A stretch of DNA of 64,000 bases from an uncultured Candidatus Rokubacteria bacterium (GTDB lineage Bacteria > Methylomirabilota > Methylomirabilia > Rokubacteriales > CSP1-6), in NCBI GenBank assembly GCA_963754315.1, contig CAVWFS010000018.1:704001-768000 (forward strand). Reading direction: 5' to 3'. Position 1 is the first letter of the stretch. Every line of letters starts with the position of its first letter. The position numbers and the translations under genes were made by a program. The notes beneath the pieces are model-generated. The model was not told the DNA's origin and did not search any database. It saw nothing but the letters and a program-made list of their open reading frames with translations. Below are positions 1 through 14,143 of this stretch, in pieces.

Positions 1-2084
<2,084 letters not shown>

Positions 2085-2092
<8 letters not shown>

Positions 2093-3350
2093 AGAGTATC
2101 GCAAGAGCGTCCTTCCCAACGGGATCCGCATCCTCACCGAGCGTATGCCGCACGTTCGCTCGGTCGCGGTGGGAATCTGGGTGGGCACAGGCTCCCGACG
2201 TGAACCGGACGATCGGGGCGGGATCTCTCACCTGATCGAGCACCTGGTGTTCAAGGGGACGGCCACCCGGAGCGCGGAAGACATCGCGCGCACCATGGAT
2301 TCGGTCGGTGGCCAGATGGACGCCTTCACGACCAAGGAACATACCTGCTTCTACGTGCAGGTTCTCGACGAGCACCTGCCATTGGCTGTGGATCTGCTCA
2401 CCGATATCCTCCTGCACCCCCTCTTCAACGCCGAGGAGTTGGAGCGCGAGAAGTCGGTGGTCCTGCAAGAGATCAAGATGGTGGAGGATACGCCGGACGA
2501 CATTATCCACGATATCTTTGCCGAACAGGTCTGGAAAGGGCATCCCCTGGGACGGCCCATCCTGGGAACTCGTGACGGCGTGAACGGGTTCACGCGGTCG
2601 ACAGTGACCTCCCACTTCACTGACGAGTACGTGCCCCCCAAGATCATCGTGGCCGTCGCCGGCAATGTCGAGCATGCGCGTGTCGTCGATCGCTTCGCGA
2701 CCGCTTTCGGCGGCTTCCGGCGGGCACCCCTCGAGCGTGCCGACTCGCTTCCGCAGATGACCCCGAGCGTGCAGATCGTGAGCAAGAGCCTTGAGCAAGT
2801 GCACGTGGTCATGGGCTTCCCGGGACTCGCGCACGCGGCCCCTGGGCGTTACGCGCTCGTTGTCCTGAACGACATCATGGGGGGAAGCATGTCGTCTCGG
2901 CTCTTTCAGGAGGTGCGCGAGCGCCAGGGCCTGGTGTACTCGATCCATTCCGGGGCCCAGAGCTACCTCGACACGGGCCTGCTGTACCTCTACGCCGCCA
3001 CCGAGGCGTCGAACTTCTCCAAGATGCTCAAGTCGATCCTCAAGGAGTTGCGTGAGCTGAAGAAGAACGGTGTCTCTGCCGAAGAGCTGGTCCGGGCCAA
3101 GGATCACCTCAAGGGCGGTCTCATGCTTGGCCTCGAGTCGACGAGCAGCAGGATGAATCGCCTGGCCAAGCACGAGATGCACTTCGGCGCGTTCATGTCC
3201 ATGGACGCCATGTTGGCCGCCATCAGCGCCGTCCGGCACGAGGAGGTCCAGGCGCTGGTGGGAGAGCTGCTGGATGAGGAGCGGCTGGCCCTCGCCACCC
3301 TCGGTCCGCTCGACCGGCGCAATCTCCCACGCGAACTGCTCCACCGCTGA
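2085..3350 (+). CDS. M16 family zinc peptidase (pitrilysin/processing-peptidase-like)
   Basis: Inverted zincin motif HLIEH, GGSMSSRLFQEVRE; classic position downstream of pnp. Confidence 0.93.
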
Positions 3351-3357
3351 GCCTTCC

Positions 3358-4653
3358 ATGATCGAGCGCTACACCCGTCCGGATATGGGGCGGATCTGGA
3401 GCGAGGAGACCAAGTACGCCACCTGGCTGCGGGTCGAGCTGGCCGTGTGCGAGGCCTACGCGCGCCGGGGACGCATCCCTCCCGAGGCCCTGGCGCGAAT
3501 CCTGGCCAAGGCGCGAATCGACATCGGCCGGATCCAGGAGATCCTGGTCCGGGTCAAGCATGAGATGATCGCGCTTCTCACCAGCCTCGAGGAAGACCTC
3601 GGGGAGGACTCTCGCTTCGTCCACATCGGCCTGACCTCGTCCGACGTGTGGGACACCGCCACGGCGCTGCAGCTTCGCGATGCAGCCGACCTGCTGATCG
3701 CGGGCCAGGAGCGCCTGCGCCGCGTGCTAGGGGACTTGGCCCTGCGCCACAAGGACAGCGTCATGGTGGGGCGGACGCACGGGGTGCACGCCGAGCCCAT
3801 CACCTTCGGGCTTAAGGTCGCTGTCTGGTATGCCGAAGCCGAGCGGAATCTCGAGCGCTTGCGCCGGGCCCAGGCTGCCATCGCCGTGGGCAAGCTGTCG
3901 GGGGCAGTGGGAAGCTTTGCCCACGTGGACCCGGATCTCGAGGAGGAGGTGTGCCGCGCGCTCAGTCTGGCGCCGGCGCCCGCGTCGACCCAGGTCATCC
4001 AGCGAGACCGTCACGCCGAGTACTGTGCCGCGCTTGCCATTGCCGGTGCCTCTCTGGAGAAGATCGCTCTCGAGATCCGCGGCCTGCAGCGCACGGAGGT
4101 TCTCGAGGTGGAGGAACCGTTTGGGGAGGGGCAAAAGGGTTCCAGCGCCATGCCTCACAAGCGCAACCCCGAGCTGGCCGAGCGGATCTGCGGGCTGGCC
4201 AGGCTCCTGCGGACCAATGCTCTGGCCGCCCTGGAGAACGTGGCCCTCTGGCACGAGCGGGATATCAGCCATTCGTCGGTGGAGCGCGTCATTTTTCCCG
4301 ACTCCACCATCCTGCTCGACTACCTGCTGGATCTGACGGCGTCCGTGCTGGAGGGATTGCGGGTGGATCCTGCTCGCATGATCGAGAACTTCGACCGCAG
4401 TCACGGCCTCGTGTACTCTCAGCGTGTGCTCCTGCGACTGACGGAAGCAGGCTTGGCCCGGCAGGTAGCGTACGAGCTGGTCCAGGGCCTCGCCATGCGC
4501 GCCTGGCGCGAGCGGCGCCCCTTCTTCGACCTGCTGGCCAGCGAACCCGCTGTCACCCGCCACATCAATGCCGAAGAGCTCAAGGCATGTTTCGAACCCG
4601 CCTGGTACGTGCGGAACGTTGACGCGGTCTTTCGGAGACTCGGCCTCACGTGA
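3358..4653 (+). CDS. purB: Adenylosuccinate lyase
   Basis: MIERYTRP N-terminus, GRTHGVHAEP, GSSAMPHKRNP signature; ATG 3358 preferred to the ORF-track start. Confidence 0.97.
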   Translation: MIERYTRPDMGRIWSEETKYATWLRVELAVCEAYARRGRIPPEALARILAKARIDIGRIQEILVRVKHEMIALLTSLEEDLGEDSRFVHIGLTSSDVWDTATALQLRDAADLLIAGQERLRRVLGDLALRHKDSVMVGRTHGVHAEPITFGLKVAVWYAEAERNLERLRRAQAAIAVGKLSGAVGSFAHVDPDLEEEVCRALSLAPAPASTQVIQRDRHAEYCAALAIAGASLEKIALEIRGLQRTEVLEVEEPFGEGQKGSSAMPHKRNPELAERICGLARLLRTNALAALENVALWHERDISHSSVERVIFPDSTILLDYLLDLTASVLEGLRVDPARMIENFDRSHGLVYSQRVLLRLTEAGLARQVAYELVQGLAMRAWRERRPFFDLLASEPAVTRHINAEELKACFEPAWYVRNVDAVFRRLGLT

Positions 4654-5402
4654 CCTCCGGGCAGCGGAAGCCCACCACCTCCCAATCGGCACCCCGCACG
4701 TCGTCCAAGCTCTACGAAGGCAAGGCCAAGATCGTGTACGCCACAACTGATCCGGCCCAGGTCATCCAGTACTTCAAGGATGACGCCACCGCATTCAACG
4801 CGCTCAAGCGCGGGACCATCGTCGGCAAGGGTGTGGTGAACAATCGGATGTCGGCCATCGTCTTCAAGCGGCTCGAGCGGGCAGGCGTACCCACTCACTA
4901 TCTGGGTACCCCGTCCGACCGCGAGATGCTCTGCCGGCGGCTGGACATCATCAAGGTGGAGACCATCGTGCGCAATGTGGTGGCGGGTAGTCTGGCCAAG
5001 CGAACAGGGCTTGCCGAAGGGACCGTCATGGCCCGGCCCGTCGTCGAGCTGTATCTCAAGTCCGACCCGCTGGGCGATCCCATGATCAACGACGATCACG
5101 TGCGTCTGCTGAATCTGGCGACTCCCCGGGAGCTCGCCTGGATGCGGTGTACCGCGCTCCGCGTCAACACCGTCCTGCGGCCCTACCTCGAGCGCCGGGG
5201 ACTGTGTCTCGTCGACTTCAAGCTCGAGTTCGGCCGGCGGGGCCGGCAGCTCTATCTGGGCGATGAGATCTCGCCCGACACCTGCCGTCTGTGGGACGTC
5301 ACGAGTCGGGAGAAGCTCGACAAGGATCGGTTCCGGCAGGATCTGGGAGGAGTTGAGGAGGCCTACCAGGAGGTGTACCAGCGGCTCGTGAAGCGGCCAT
5401 GA
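4650..5402 (+). CDS. purC: SAICAR synthetase
   Basis: LYEGKAK, FKDDATAFN, LVDFKLEFG, DEISPDTCRLWD, DKDRFR; GTGA overlap with purB. Confidence 0.97.
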   Translation: MTSGQRKPTTSQSAPRTSSKLYEGKAKIVYATTDPAQVIQYFKDDATAFNALKRGTIVGKGVVNNRMSAIVFKRLERAGVPTHYLGTPSDREMLCRRLDIIKVETIVRNVVAGSLAKRTGLAEGTVMARPVVELYLKSDPLGDPMINDDHVRLLNLATPRELAWMRCTALRVNTVLRPYLERRGLCLVDFKLEFGRRGRQLYLGDEISPDTCRLWDVTSREKLDKDRFRQDLGGVEEAYQEVYQRLVKRP

Positions 5403-5668
5403 CCTTGCGGGTTCTCGTCCGGCTCAAGCCCGGGATCATGGACGTGCAAGGCACGGCAGTGCAGCGCGCTCTGGTGGGGCTCGGCTTCGGTGATCTCACG
5501 GGGCTCCGGATCGGCAAGGTGATCGAGATGGATCTCGAAGCCCCATCGCCCGAGAGGGCGCGGGCGCGCGCGGAGGACATGTGCAGGAAGCTTCTGGCCA
5601 ATCCGGTCCTCGAGGACTATGAGGTCCACGTGCTCGGCGATGTTGCGACACCAGGGCCAGGACGCTAA
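5399..5668 (+). CDS. purS: FGAM synthase subunit PurS
   Basis: LKPGIMDVQG...IGK...LLANPVLEDY; between purC and purQ. Confidence 0.95.
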   Translation: MTLRVLVRLKPGIMDVQGTAVQRALVGLGFGDLTGLRIGKVIEMDLEAPSPERARARAEDMCRKLLANPVLEDYEVHVLGDVATPGPGR

Positions 5669-5683
5669 GATGAGTCGGCTTTC

Positions 5684-6397
5684 ATGAACTTCGGTGTGGC
5701 CGTGTTCCCCGGTACCTGGAGTGATGCCGACTTTCACCATGTCATCGCCGATGTTCTCGGCCAGCCCGTCCGTTACGTCTGGCACCGAGAAACCGACCTC
5801 ACGCAGCTCGACTGCGTGATTCTGCCCGGCGGGTTTGCCTACGGCGACTATCTGCGGGCGGGGGCGGTGGCAGCGAGGTCACCCCTCGTCCGCGTTCTCC
5901 CCGAGTTCGTGGCAAGGGGGGGCTTTGTGCTCGGATCGTGCAATGGCTTCCAAATCTTGTGTGAGGCAGGGCTTCTGCCGGGCGCGCTCATGCGCAACGA
6001 GTGTCTGCAGTACCGATGTCAGATGGTCCACCTGCGCGTTGAGAACACCGATACGGTCTTCACGCGGGCCTGTCGGGAGGGGCAAGTGCTGACCATGCCG
6101 ATCTCCCACGGGGAGGGCAGGTACTACGCCGATCCAGGCACCCTGGAACGGCTGCAGAACTCGAAGCAGATCGTGTTTCGCTACGCTACCGCCCACGGAC
6201 AACTCACCCCTGAGACCAATCCCAATGGATCGCTGGGCGCCATCGCGGGAGTCGTGAATGAGTCGGGAACCGTGCTCGGTATGATGCCGCATCCCGAACG
6301 TGCGGCCGAGATGATTCTTGGAGGAGCGGATGGCCTCTTGATCTTCCAGTCTCTCCTCGGACTGCTCGTCGAGGCGGGCACCTTCACGCGTCGGTAG
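5684..6397 (+). CDS. purQ: FGAM synthase glutaminase subunit PurQ
   Basis: [22 protein letters not shown] (catalytic Cys), MMPHPER. Confidence 0.97.
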   Translation: MNFGVAVFPGTWSDADFHHVIADVLGQPVRYVWHRETDLTQLDCVILPGGFAYGDYLRAGAVAARSPLVRVLPEFVARGGFVLGSCNGFQILCEAGLLPGALMRNECLQYRCQMVHLRVENTDTVFTRACREGQVLTMPISHGEGRYYADPGTLERLQNSKQIVFRYATAHGQLTPETNPNGSLGAIAGVVNESGTVLGMMPHPERAAEMILGGADGLLIFQSLLGLLVEAGTFTRR

Positions 6398-6399
6398 CC

Positions 6400-8625
6400 A
6401 TCGCCACCGAGGTTTCGCCCTCCGTCACCGCCGAGCTCGCCGGGTCACTCGGTCTGACTTGTGACGAGTACGAGCGTATTGTGACGCGTCTGGGGCGGCA
6501 GCCTACCTACGCAGAGCTCGGGCTGTTCTCGGCACTGTGGTCAGAGCATTGCTCGTACAAGCACTCGCGGGTTTTCCTGCGCCGGCTGCCGCAGACCGGT
6601 CCGGCTGTCCTGCAGGGTCCGGGCGAGAACGCGGGAGCGATCGACATCGGGGACGGCTGGGCTGTGGTCTTCAAGATCGAAAGTCACAACCACCCTTCCT
6701 TCATAGAGCCCTTCCAGGGGGCGGCCACCGGGGTGGGGGGAATCCTGCGCGACATCTTCACCATGGGGGCACGGCCCATTGCGCTGCTCGATTCGCTCCG
6801 TTTCGGGGATCCCGCCGACCCTAAGACCCGGCACCTCATTCAGGGAGTCGTAGCGGGCATCAGCTGGTACGGCAACTGCTTTGGCTGCCCGACGGTGGGG
6901 GGCGAGATCGCCTTCGCCCCCGAGTATTCAGGCAATCCCCTCGTCAACGTCATGTGTGTCGGGCTCGTCCGCGCTGACAAGATCTTTCGGGCTCGGGCCG
7001 AGGGGCTCGGGAACCCGGTCTTCTACGTGGGCAACAAGACGGGTCGGGACGGGATCCACGGGGCGACCATGGCCTCCGCCGCTTTTGACGAGCGGGCCGC
7101 AGAGCGGCGCCCCACGGTCCAGGTGGGCGATCCCTTCACCGAGAAGCTCTTGCTCGAGGCGTGCCTGGAAGCGATGGCCAGTGGAGCCGTGATAGGGATC
7201 CAGGATATGGGGGCGGCCGGGTTGGCCTGCTGCACCTCGGAGATGCCGGCGCGGAGCGACACGGGAATGGACGTTGACCTCACCCGTGTTCCCCGCCGCG
7301 AGAGCGGGATGTCGGCTTACGAGATCCTTTTGTCGGAGTCCCAGGAGCGCATGCTCTTGGTGGCGGAGAACGGGCGGGAGCCGGAGATCGGGCGCATCTT
7401 CGCCAAGTGGGATCTCGATGCGGTCGAAATCGGTCGCGTGACCGCGGGGCCTGATCTCGTCGTACGGCTCGATGGAGCCGAGGTGGCGCGAGTGCCGGTT
7501 GAAGCGCTGAACGCAGCGCCGATCTATGAGAAACCCACGGCGGCTCCGCCGTGGCTGGCCGCGCAGCGGGCGGTCGATCCCCTGGCCTTCGCCGAGCCAG
7601 CTGATGGCACCGAGGCGCTCGAGGCGCTGCTGGGCTCGCCAACGATCGCGTCGAAGGCCTGGGCGTTTCGTCAATACGACCAGCAGGTTGGCCTCAACAG
7701 CCTGGTGGCCCCCGGCTCCGACGCGGCGGTGCTGCGCGTCAAAGGAACGCGGCGAGGCTTGGCGGTTGCCACTGACGGCAATGCCCGCTATGTCGCACTC
7801 GATCCGCGGCGCGGAGCGGCCATGGCGGTGGCCGAGGCGGCCCGGAACGTGTCCTGTGCCGGCGGTCGCCCTCTGGGAGTGACGGACTGTCTGAACTTCG
7901 GCTCGCCGGAGCGACCGGAGATCCTGTGGCAGTTCGTCAACGCCATCGAGGGCATTGCCGAAGCGTGCCGCGCGCTCCAGCTGCCGGTAGTGGGGGGCAA
8001 CGTTTCCTTCTACAATGAGACCAGTGGCCACGCTATCCCACCCACGCCGATCATCGGGGTGGTGGGGGTCCTGGATGAAGTCGAGCGGCACGCCACCCAG
8101 TGGTTCAAGGGTGATGGCCATCGGATCGCGCTGTTGGGCGGCGCCGACATCAGCCTCGGGGGCAGCGAATACCTCTGGACCCGACATGGCGTGTTGGGAG
8201 GAGAGCTGGCGCCGCTCGATCTCGACCTGGAGGGGCGTGTCCAGGCGGCGGCGCGGGCTGCCGTGCAGGCCGGTCTGGTTTCGGCCTCTCACGACTGCGC
8301 CGAAGGGGGGCTAGCCGTTGCGCTGGCGGAGGGATGCGTTTCCGGACCGGAGCTCATCGGGTGCACGGTGACGCTCGCCGAGTCCCACCGGGCAGACCTC
8401 GCCCTGTTCGGCGAGGGCCCGTCACGGCTCGTGGTGACGGTCGAAACGGAGCGAGCCCGGGCCTTCGAGGCGCTGATGGCCGAGTGGCTCCTCCCGTGGT
8501 GCTGGATCGGGCAGACGGGGGGGCCGCGGATGGTAGTGGCGATAGGGGGGCAAACGGTCGTGAACGCGGATCTCGGTCGGCTCCAGACCGCGTGGAGGAA
8601 CGGATTTGAACGTCACGTGGGGTGA
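6400..8625 (+). CDS. purL: FGAM synthase subunit PurL (small type); start uncertain
   Basis: [34 protein letters not shown]; PurL-like sequence ([12 protein letters not shown]) extends upstream of the first GTG (6481) to an ATC at 6400. Confidence 0.95.
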   Translation: MATEVSPSVTAELAGSLGLTCDEYERIVTRLGRQPTYAELGLFSALWSEHCSYKHSRVFLRRLPQTGPAVLQGPGENAGAIDIGDGWAVVFKIESHNHPSFIEPFQGAATGVGGILRDIFTMGARPIALLDSLRFGDPADPKTRHLIQGVVAGISWYGNCFGCPTVGGEIAFAPEYSGNPLVNVMCVGLVRADKIFRARAEGLGNPVFYVGNKTGRDGIHGATMASAAFDERAAERRPTVQVGDPFTEKLLLEACLEAMASGAVIGIQDMGAAGLACCTSEMPARSDTGMDVDLTRVPRRESGMSAYEILLSESQERMLLVAENGREPEIGRIFAKWDLDAVEIGRVTAGPDLVVRLDGAEVARVPVEALNAAPIYEKPTAAPPWLAAQRAVDPLAFAEPADGTEALEALLGSPTIASKAWAFRQYDQQVGLNSLVAPGSDAAVLRVKGTRRGLAVATDGNARYVALDPRRGAAMAVAEAARNVSCAGGRPLGVTDCLNFGSPERPEILWQFVNAIEGIAEACRALQLPVVGGNVSFYNETSGHAIPPTPIIGVVGVLDEVERHATQWFKGDGHRIALLGGADISLGGSEYLWTRHGVLGGELAPLDLDLEGRVQAAARAAVQAGLVSASHDCAEGGLAVALAEGCVSGPELIGCTVTLAESHRADLALFGEGPSRLVVTVETERARAFEALMAEWLLPWCWIGQTGGPRMVVAIGGQTVVNADLGRLQTAWRNGFERHVG

Positions 8626-10018
8626 CGACAAGTTCCACGACGAATGTGGGCTCTTCGGTATCTGGAACCATCCGGAGGCCGCCAACGTGACCTATCTCGG
8701 CCTCTATGCCCTCCAGCATCGTGGACAGGAGTCCGCGGGTATCGCGGCTAGTGACGGCACCGCCTTTCACACCGAGAAGGCCATGGGCTGGGTGGCCGAC
8801 GTCTTCAGTCCAGAGCGGCTGCGCCGGCTCCCCGGCACGCGAGCGATCGGACACGTCCGCTATTCGACGGCAGGCAGCTCGAACCTGCGCAACGCCCAGC
8901 CCATCACGGCCAGCACGGCGCGGGGTCCCATCGCCATCGCCCACAACGGCAATTTGACGAATGCGGACCACTTGCGACGTGAAATGGAGCGCGACGGCGC
9001 CATCTTCCAGTCAAATTCCGACACCGAGGTGATTCTGCACCTCCTGGCGCGGGCCCCGGCTGCACCGCTCGAGGAGCAGCTGCCCCACGTCCTCGCTCAG
9101 GTTCAGGGTGCCTATTCGCTGCTCCTGCTCACGCCGGACGCCCTCTACGCCGTGCGCGATCCGTATGGGTTCCGACCGCTTTCGCTTGGGCGCCTCGACC
9201 ACGCGTGGCTGGTGGCCTCCGAGACCTGCGCGCTCGATCTCATGGAGGCCCAGACCGAGCGGGACGTGGAGCCGGGAGAGCTGGTCGTCGTGAGCGACGC
9301 CGGGATCAAGTCGATCCGGGCCTTCGCGCCGCGCGCCCGGCTGCAGTGCGTGTTCGAGTACGTGTACTTCGCGCGCCCGGATTCGATCCTGTGGGGACGC
9401 AACGTGCATACCGTGCGCAAGGCGCTCGGTCACCAACTGGCGCGCGAGCATCCGGTTCTGGCCGATATCGTCATCCCCGTTCCCGACTCGGGCGTGAGCG
9501 CCGCCCTCGGCTACTCCGAGGAATCGGGGACACGCTACGAGATGGGGCTGATCCGTAACCACTACGTCGGCCGCACCTTCATCGAACCAAAGCAGGGGAT
9601 CCGCCACTTCGGGGTGAAGGTGAAGCTCAACCCCATGCGCACGATGCTGGAGGGGAGGCGGGTGGTGGTCGTGGACGATTCGATCGTGCGCGGCACGACG
9701 AGCCGCAAGATCGTCAGGATGATCCGCAGTGCTGGCGCCCGCGAGGTTCACATGCGCATCTCGTCGCCCCCAATTCAGTGGCCGTGTTACTACGGGATCG
9801 ATACACCCACACGGAGAGAGCTCATTGGGTCTAGCCACGACGTGGAGGAGATCCGGCGCTACCTGAGTGCCGATAGTCTGGGTTATTTGTCGCTGGAGGG
9901 GATGCTGAAGGCCACCGGGGCCGATCCCGAGCACTTCTGCCACGCATGCTTCACCGGTGACTACCGCGTCGGGATCGAGCCCGAGCCGGCCGCTCAGCTC
10001 CGACTCTTCGAACCATAG
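8606..10018 (+). CDS. purF: Amidophosphoribosyltransferase (propeptide and Fe-S type)
   Basis: DKFHDE-CG propeptide junction, [21 protein letters not shown], Fe-S Cys (CVFEY, PCYYG, FCHACF); GGAGGA upstream of TTG. Confidence 0.97.
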   Translation: MNVTWGDDKFHDECGLFGIWNHPEAANVTYLGLYALQHRGQESAGIAASDGTAFHTEKAMGWVADVFSPERLRRLPGTRAIGHVRYSTAGSSNLRNAQPITASTARGPIAIAHNGNLTNADHLRREMERDGAIFQSNSDTEVILHLLARAPAAPLEEQLPHVLAQVQGAYSLLLLTPDALYAVRDPYGFRPLSLGRLDHAWLVASETCALDLMEAQTERDVEPGELVVVSDAGIKSIRAFAPRARLQCVFEYVYFARPDSILWGRNVHTVRKALGHQLAREHPVLADIVIPVPDSGVSAALGYSEESGTRYEMGLIRNHYVGRTFIEPKQGIRHFGVKVKLNPMRTMLEGRRVVVVDDSIVRGTTSRKIVRMIRSAGAREVHMRISSPPIQWPCYYGIDTPTRRELIGSSHDVEEIRRYLSADSLGYLSLEGMLKATGADPEHFCHACFTGDYRVGIEPEPAAQLRLFEP

Positions 10019-10035
10019 CCGAGACCAGGAATGAC

Positions 10036-11073
10036 TTGACCCGGATGAAGCCTCTGACGTATCAGGACACGGGTGTTGACATCGACCGCGGGGAGGAGGT
10101 TGTTCGCCGCATCGCGCCGCTGGCGCAGGGAACACGCCGTCAGGAGGTCCTCGGTGGGATCGGTGCCTTCGCCGGCTTCGTCACCGTCCCCCCCGGATTC
10201 CAGGAGCCGGTGCTGGTGTCCTCCACCGACGGGGTGGGAAGCAAGCTCAAGGTGGCTTTCCTGGCTGATCGTCACCACACCGTGGGTGTCGACCTGGTGG
10301 CGATGGGTGTCAACGACTTGCTCGTCCACGGGGCGGAGCCCCTGTACTTTCTTGACTACGTGGCTCTCGCCCGGATCGATCCTGCCCGCGTTGAGAGCAT
10401 CGTACGGGGGGTGGCGGACGGGTGTCGGCAAGCGGGGTGTGCCCTCATTGGGGGTGAGACCGCCGAGCTGCCAGACCTCTACCGGGACGGTGAATACGAC
10501 CTGGCCGGGTTCGCGGTGGGCATCGTCGAGCGGGCCAAGATCATCGACGGAAGACGCGTTTGTCCCGGCGACGTCGTGTTGGGGCTCGCATCGTCAGGTC
10601 TTCACTCGAACGGCTACAGCCTGGCCCGCCGCATCGTCTTTGGCGTGATGGGTCTGGGGGTCGACGCGATGCTTCCCGGCGTGGGCCGCTCAGTCGCCGA
10701 CGAGCTCCTCGAGCCCACGCGGATTTACGTCCATGCCGTTCGGACGTTGCTGTCGAGGGTCGACGTGCATGCGATGGCCCACATCACGGGAGGGGGTCTC
10801 TCCGGTAACGTTCCCCGCGTCCTCCCCGAGAATTGTCGCGCCGTTGTGCGCCGTCAGGCGTGGAGCGTCCCACCCGTCTTCCGGACGCTGTCGGAGGCGG
10901 GCATGGTCAACGAAGGCGAGATGTTCCGCACGTTCAACATGGGTGTCGGTTACGTGGTAGTCATCCCCCCTTCTGCGGTGGTAGAGGCCCGGGCTGTCCT
11001 GGCCGGCACCGGGGAAACGGTTTACGAGTTGGGTGAGATCGTGTCCGGTGAACGAGGAGTCGAGCTGGCGTGA
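10036..11073 (+). CDS. purM: AIR synthetase (phosphoribosylformylglycinamidine cyclo-ligase)
   Basis: STDGVGSKL, GGETAELP, SSGLHSNGYSL, HITGGG, RTFNMG; alternative ATG at 10045. Confidence 0.97.
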   Translation: MTRMKPLTYQDTGVDIDRGEEVVRRIAPLAQGTRRQEVLGGIGAFAGFVTVPPGFQEPVLVSSTDGVGSKLKVAFLADRHHTVGVDLVAMGVNDLLVHGAEPLYFLDYVALARIDPARVESIVRGVADGCRQAGCALIGGETAELPDLYRDGEYDLAGFAVGIVERAKIIDGRRVCPGDVVLGLASSGLHSNGYSLARRIVFGVMGLGVDAMLPGVGRSVADELLEPTRIYVHAVRTLLSRVDVHAMAHITGGGLSGNVPRVLPENCRAVVRRQAWSVPPVFRTLSEAGMVNEGEMFRTFNMGVGYVVVIPPSAVVEARAVLAGTGETVYELGEIVSGERGVELA

Positions 11074-11690
11074 CGGGACGGCTGCAAGTGAGTGTGCTCG
11101 CCTCGGGCCGAGGCTCGAACTTGGCGGCCATCCTCGCGGCTGCCGCCTCTGCCGATTTCCCCGCCGAGGTGGCACTGGTTGTCTCGGATCGGCAGGGCGC
11201 GGCCGCCCTCGATCGGGCGCGTCACGCCGATGTACCCAGCGTCTTTCTCGATCCTCAACGTCATAGTGATCGGGACGCCTACGAGTCCGCACTGCTTGCT
11301 CTCCACCGCGAGAGAGAGATCGGGCTGGTATGCCTGGCGGGATACATGCGCATTCTGGGCCCGCGCTTCGTGCGGGCGTTCCAGGGCCGGATCTTGAACA
11401 TTCATCCGTCGCTCCTGCCGGCCTTCCCGGGCTTGGCCGCTCAGCGTCAGGCCCTGGAGTACGGAGTCAAGGTGACGGGAGCCACCGTGCACTTCGTCGA
11501 CGAGGGTATCGACACCGGTCCCATTGTTCTCCAGGCGGCCGTCCCCGTGCTCCCGGATGACACAGAGGCCTCGCTGTCGGCACGTATTCTCGCCCAGGAG
11601 CACCGTCTCTATCCCGAGGCCATCCGACTCTATGCCACGGGCCGACTCAGAATCGCTGGCCGGCGAACACTGGTGGGGGCTCTGACATGA
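11070..11690 (+). CDS. purN: Phosphoribosylglycinamide formyltransferase
   Basis: SGRGSN, LAGYMRIL, NIHPSLLPAFPG, GATVHFVDEGIDTGP. Confidence 0.97.
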   Translation: MTGRLQVSVLASGRGSNLAAILAAAASADFPAEVALVVSDRQGAAALDRARHADVPSVFLDPQRHSDRDAYESALLALHREREIGLVCLAGYMRILGPRFVRAFQGRILNIHPSLLPAFPGLAAQRQALEYGVKVTGATVHFVDEGIDTGPIVLQAAVPVLPDDTEASLSARILAQEHRLYPEAIRLYATGRLRIAGRRTLVGALT

Positions 11691-13249
11691 AGGTCCAGCG
11701 CGCGCTGCTCAGCGTTCATGACAAGGCGGGCGTGGTGGATCTCGCCCGAGCCCTGGCCGGGTTCGGTGTGGAGATCCTCTCGACTGGAGGGACGGCCCGG
11801 CTCCTGCGCGAATCCGGCGTGACGGTGCGCGAGGTGGCCGACGTCACGGGGTTCCCGGAGATGCTGGACGGTCGGGTCAAGACCTTGCATCCCAGGATCC
11901 ACGGGGGGATTCTGGCCAGACGCGACCGTCCCGAGCACTTGACGGCGCTTCGGCAGCACGGGATTGACCCCATCGATCTCGTGGTGAGCGGCCTCTACCC
12001 CTTCGAGGCCACGGCGGCGCGACCGGGCGTCAGCCGCGACGAGGTCATCGAGCAGATCGACATCGGCGGGCCGGCTCTGATCCGAGCGGCCGCCAAGAAC
12101 CATGCTGGTGTCGCCGTAGTCACGCATCCGTCCCAGTATGCTGGTGTCCTGGCCGAGCTCTCCGCGACGGGGGGGCAGCTGGGCGAGGACACGCTCGTGC
12201 GCCTGGCCCAGGACGCCTTTCGCCGCACAGCCGACTACGACGCCGCCATTGCCGCCTTTCTCGCGGCCGACCGGGAATCGTCCGCGTTTGCCGAGTCCCT
12301 GCGCGTGGACGCAAGGCGGGTGACGACCTTGCGGTACGGTGAGAATCCCCACCAGAGCGCAGCCTTCTATCGAGTGACCGGTGAGGTGCCTTGGGGTTTG
12401 GCGGCCCTCGAGCAGCTGCATGGGCCCGAGCTGTCTTACAACAACCTCCTCGACTTCTCGGCAGCCCTGGCGCTGCTCGTCGAGCTGGAGGCGCCGGCGG
12501 CCGTGGTCATCAAGCACACGAACCCCTGTGGCGTGGCCATCGGCTCGACCGTCGGTGAGGCGATGGCCAGGGCCAAAGCGTCGGATCCGGTGTCGATCTA
12601 CGGCGGTATCGTCGGGGTCAATCGCCCCCTCGATATGCCGGTCGTGCAGGCGCTGGCCGGGATCTTCGTGGAGATTCTGTTCGCACCCGCCTACACCGAA
12701 GAGGCACTGGGAGAACTTCGGCGCACCAAGAGGAAGGTACGGCTCTTCCGCCTTCCCTGCGAGGCGACAGAGTGGCCCGCGCAACGCGTGGAGTTGAGAA
12801 CCGTCCTCGGCGGGCTGCTGGCTCAGACGACCGACCCGCCCCAGGCCGCCGAACCGCCGCTCAAAACGGTGACGCGGCGGGAACCCTCCGCACACGAGCT
12901 GGCCGCCCTCCGTCTCGCCTGGCGGGTAGCCAAGCACACCAAGTCCAACGCCATTGTGCTGGCCCGACGGGACCAGGTCATCGGCGTGGGGGCGGGACAG
13001 ATGAATCGTGTGGATTCGGCCCGGCTGGCCGTGTTGCGGGCTCAGGAGGTCGGCCTGGTCACGAACGGTGCTGTCTGTGCATCCGACGCGTTCTTCCCGT
13101 TCCGGGATGCCCTCGACGTCGTGGCCCAGGCGGGGGCCACCGCGGTGATCCATCCGGGCGGTTCGCTCCGTGACGACGAGGTCATCACGGCCGCCAATGA
13201 GCACGGAATGGCCATGGTGATCACCGGTATTCGTCACTTTCGCCACTGA
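11687..13249 (+). CDS. purH: Bifunctional AICAR transformylase/IMP cyclohydrolase
   Basis: [38 protein letters not shown], terminal RHFRH. Confidence 0.98.
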   Translation: MKVQRALLSVHDKAGVVDLARALAGFGVEILSTGGTARLLRESGVTVREVADVTGFPEMLDGRVKTLHPRIHGGILARRDRPEHLTALRQHGIDPIDLVVSGLYPFEATAARPGVSRDEVIEQIDIGGPALIRAAAKNHAGVAVVTHPSQYAGVLAELSATGGQLGEDTLVRLAQDAFRRTADYDAAIAAFLAADRESSAFAESLRVDARRVTTLRYGENPHQSAAFYRVTGEVPWGLAALEQLHGPELSYNNLLDFSAALALLVELEAPAAVVIKHTNPCGVAIGSTVGEAMARAKASDPVSIYGGIVGVNRPLDMPVVQALAGIFVEILFAPAYTEEALGELRRTKRKVRLFRLPCEATEWPAQRVELRTVLGGLLAQTTDPPQAAEPPLKTVTRREPSAHELAALRLAWRVAKHTKSNAIVLARRDQVIGVGAGQMNRVDSARLAVLRAQEVGLVTNGAVCASDAFFPFRDALDVVAQAGATAVIHPGGSLRDDEVITAANEHGMAMVITGIRHFRH

Positions 13250-13258
13250 GGTCATCGG

Positions 13259-14143
13259 GTGGCGTCCACGGAGCGCGTGTACGGGCTACGGGAATTGACG
13301 CGCGTGCTCGCGCTGACTCCCAAGCGCGTGGCCCAGCTCAAGCGGCTCGACCTTCTCCGGGAGACGAGCTATTCCTTCCGCGATTTGGCTGCCCTGCGGG
13401 TGGCGGCCGCTCTGCTGGACGCAGGCGCGTCCGTACGACAGATCCGGGAAGCCCTGACCGCGTTGCGGCGTCATGACCCGGCTCTGGAGCATCCGCTGAC
13501 CGAGGTGCGGTTTGTCGTGGAGGGCCAGCGGCTGCTAGCCCAGTCCGAGCGAGTCCGCTTCGACCCTCGCAATGGACAGATGGTGCTCGACCTCGACGTT
13601 CACGGGCTCCGGCACGAGGCGGACGCCACCTTGCGCAGCGGACTCGTGCGGCCTCTGGCCCCGCCCCTCGAGCAGGCGGAGACCTGGTTTGAGCGGGCCT
13701 CGGAGTGTGACAACGATCCGGCCCGCTGGGACGAGGCCATCGACGCCTACCGGCGCGTGGTGGCCATCGATCCCACGTACGCTGCCGCCTGGAACAACCT
13801 CGGATTAGTTCTGCACCGAATCGGCAAGTATGCGGAGGCTCGGTCGGCCTACGAGTCGGCGCTCGAGCAGGAGCCACGGTGTTGCGAGGCCGCCTATAAC
13901 CTCGGCTCTCTCGACGAAGACGAGGGCAACGTCGACGAGGCGATCCGGCACTATCGACGGGCGCTGAAGCTCTCGGGCGACTATGCGGACGCGCACTTTA
14001 ACCTCGCCGCGGCCTTGGCGCGCTCGGGGCGTCCGGCGGAGGCGATTGGGCACTGGCAGCGCTATCTGGAACTCGATGGCGGGAGTCCGTGGGCGCGCAT
14101 CGCGCGCGCTCACCTCGAGATCGTGGAGCCACCCGAACCATGA
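13259..14143 (+). CDS. MerR-like HTH plus tetratricopeptide-repeat protein
   Basis: N-terminal YSFRDLAALRVAAALLDAGASVRQIR (MerR-like wing/helix); C-terminal TPRs (AWNNLG, AAYNLG, AHFNLA); ATGA overlap with purD. Confidence 0.8.
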   Translation: MASTERVYGLRELTRVLALTPKRVAQLKRLDLLRETSYSFRDLAALRVAAALLDAGASVRQIREALTALRRHDPALEHPLTEVRFVVEGQRLLAQSERVRFDPRNGQMVLDLDVHGLRHEADATLRSGLVRPLAPPLEQAETWFERASECDNDPARWDEAIDAYRRVVAIDPTYAAAWNNLGLVLHRIGKYAEARSAYESALEQEPRCCEAAYNLGSLDEDEGNVDEAIRHYRRALKLSGDYADAHFNLAAALARSGRPAEAIGHWQRYLELDGGSPWARIARAHLEIVEPPEP

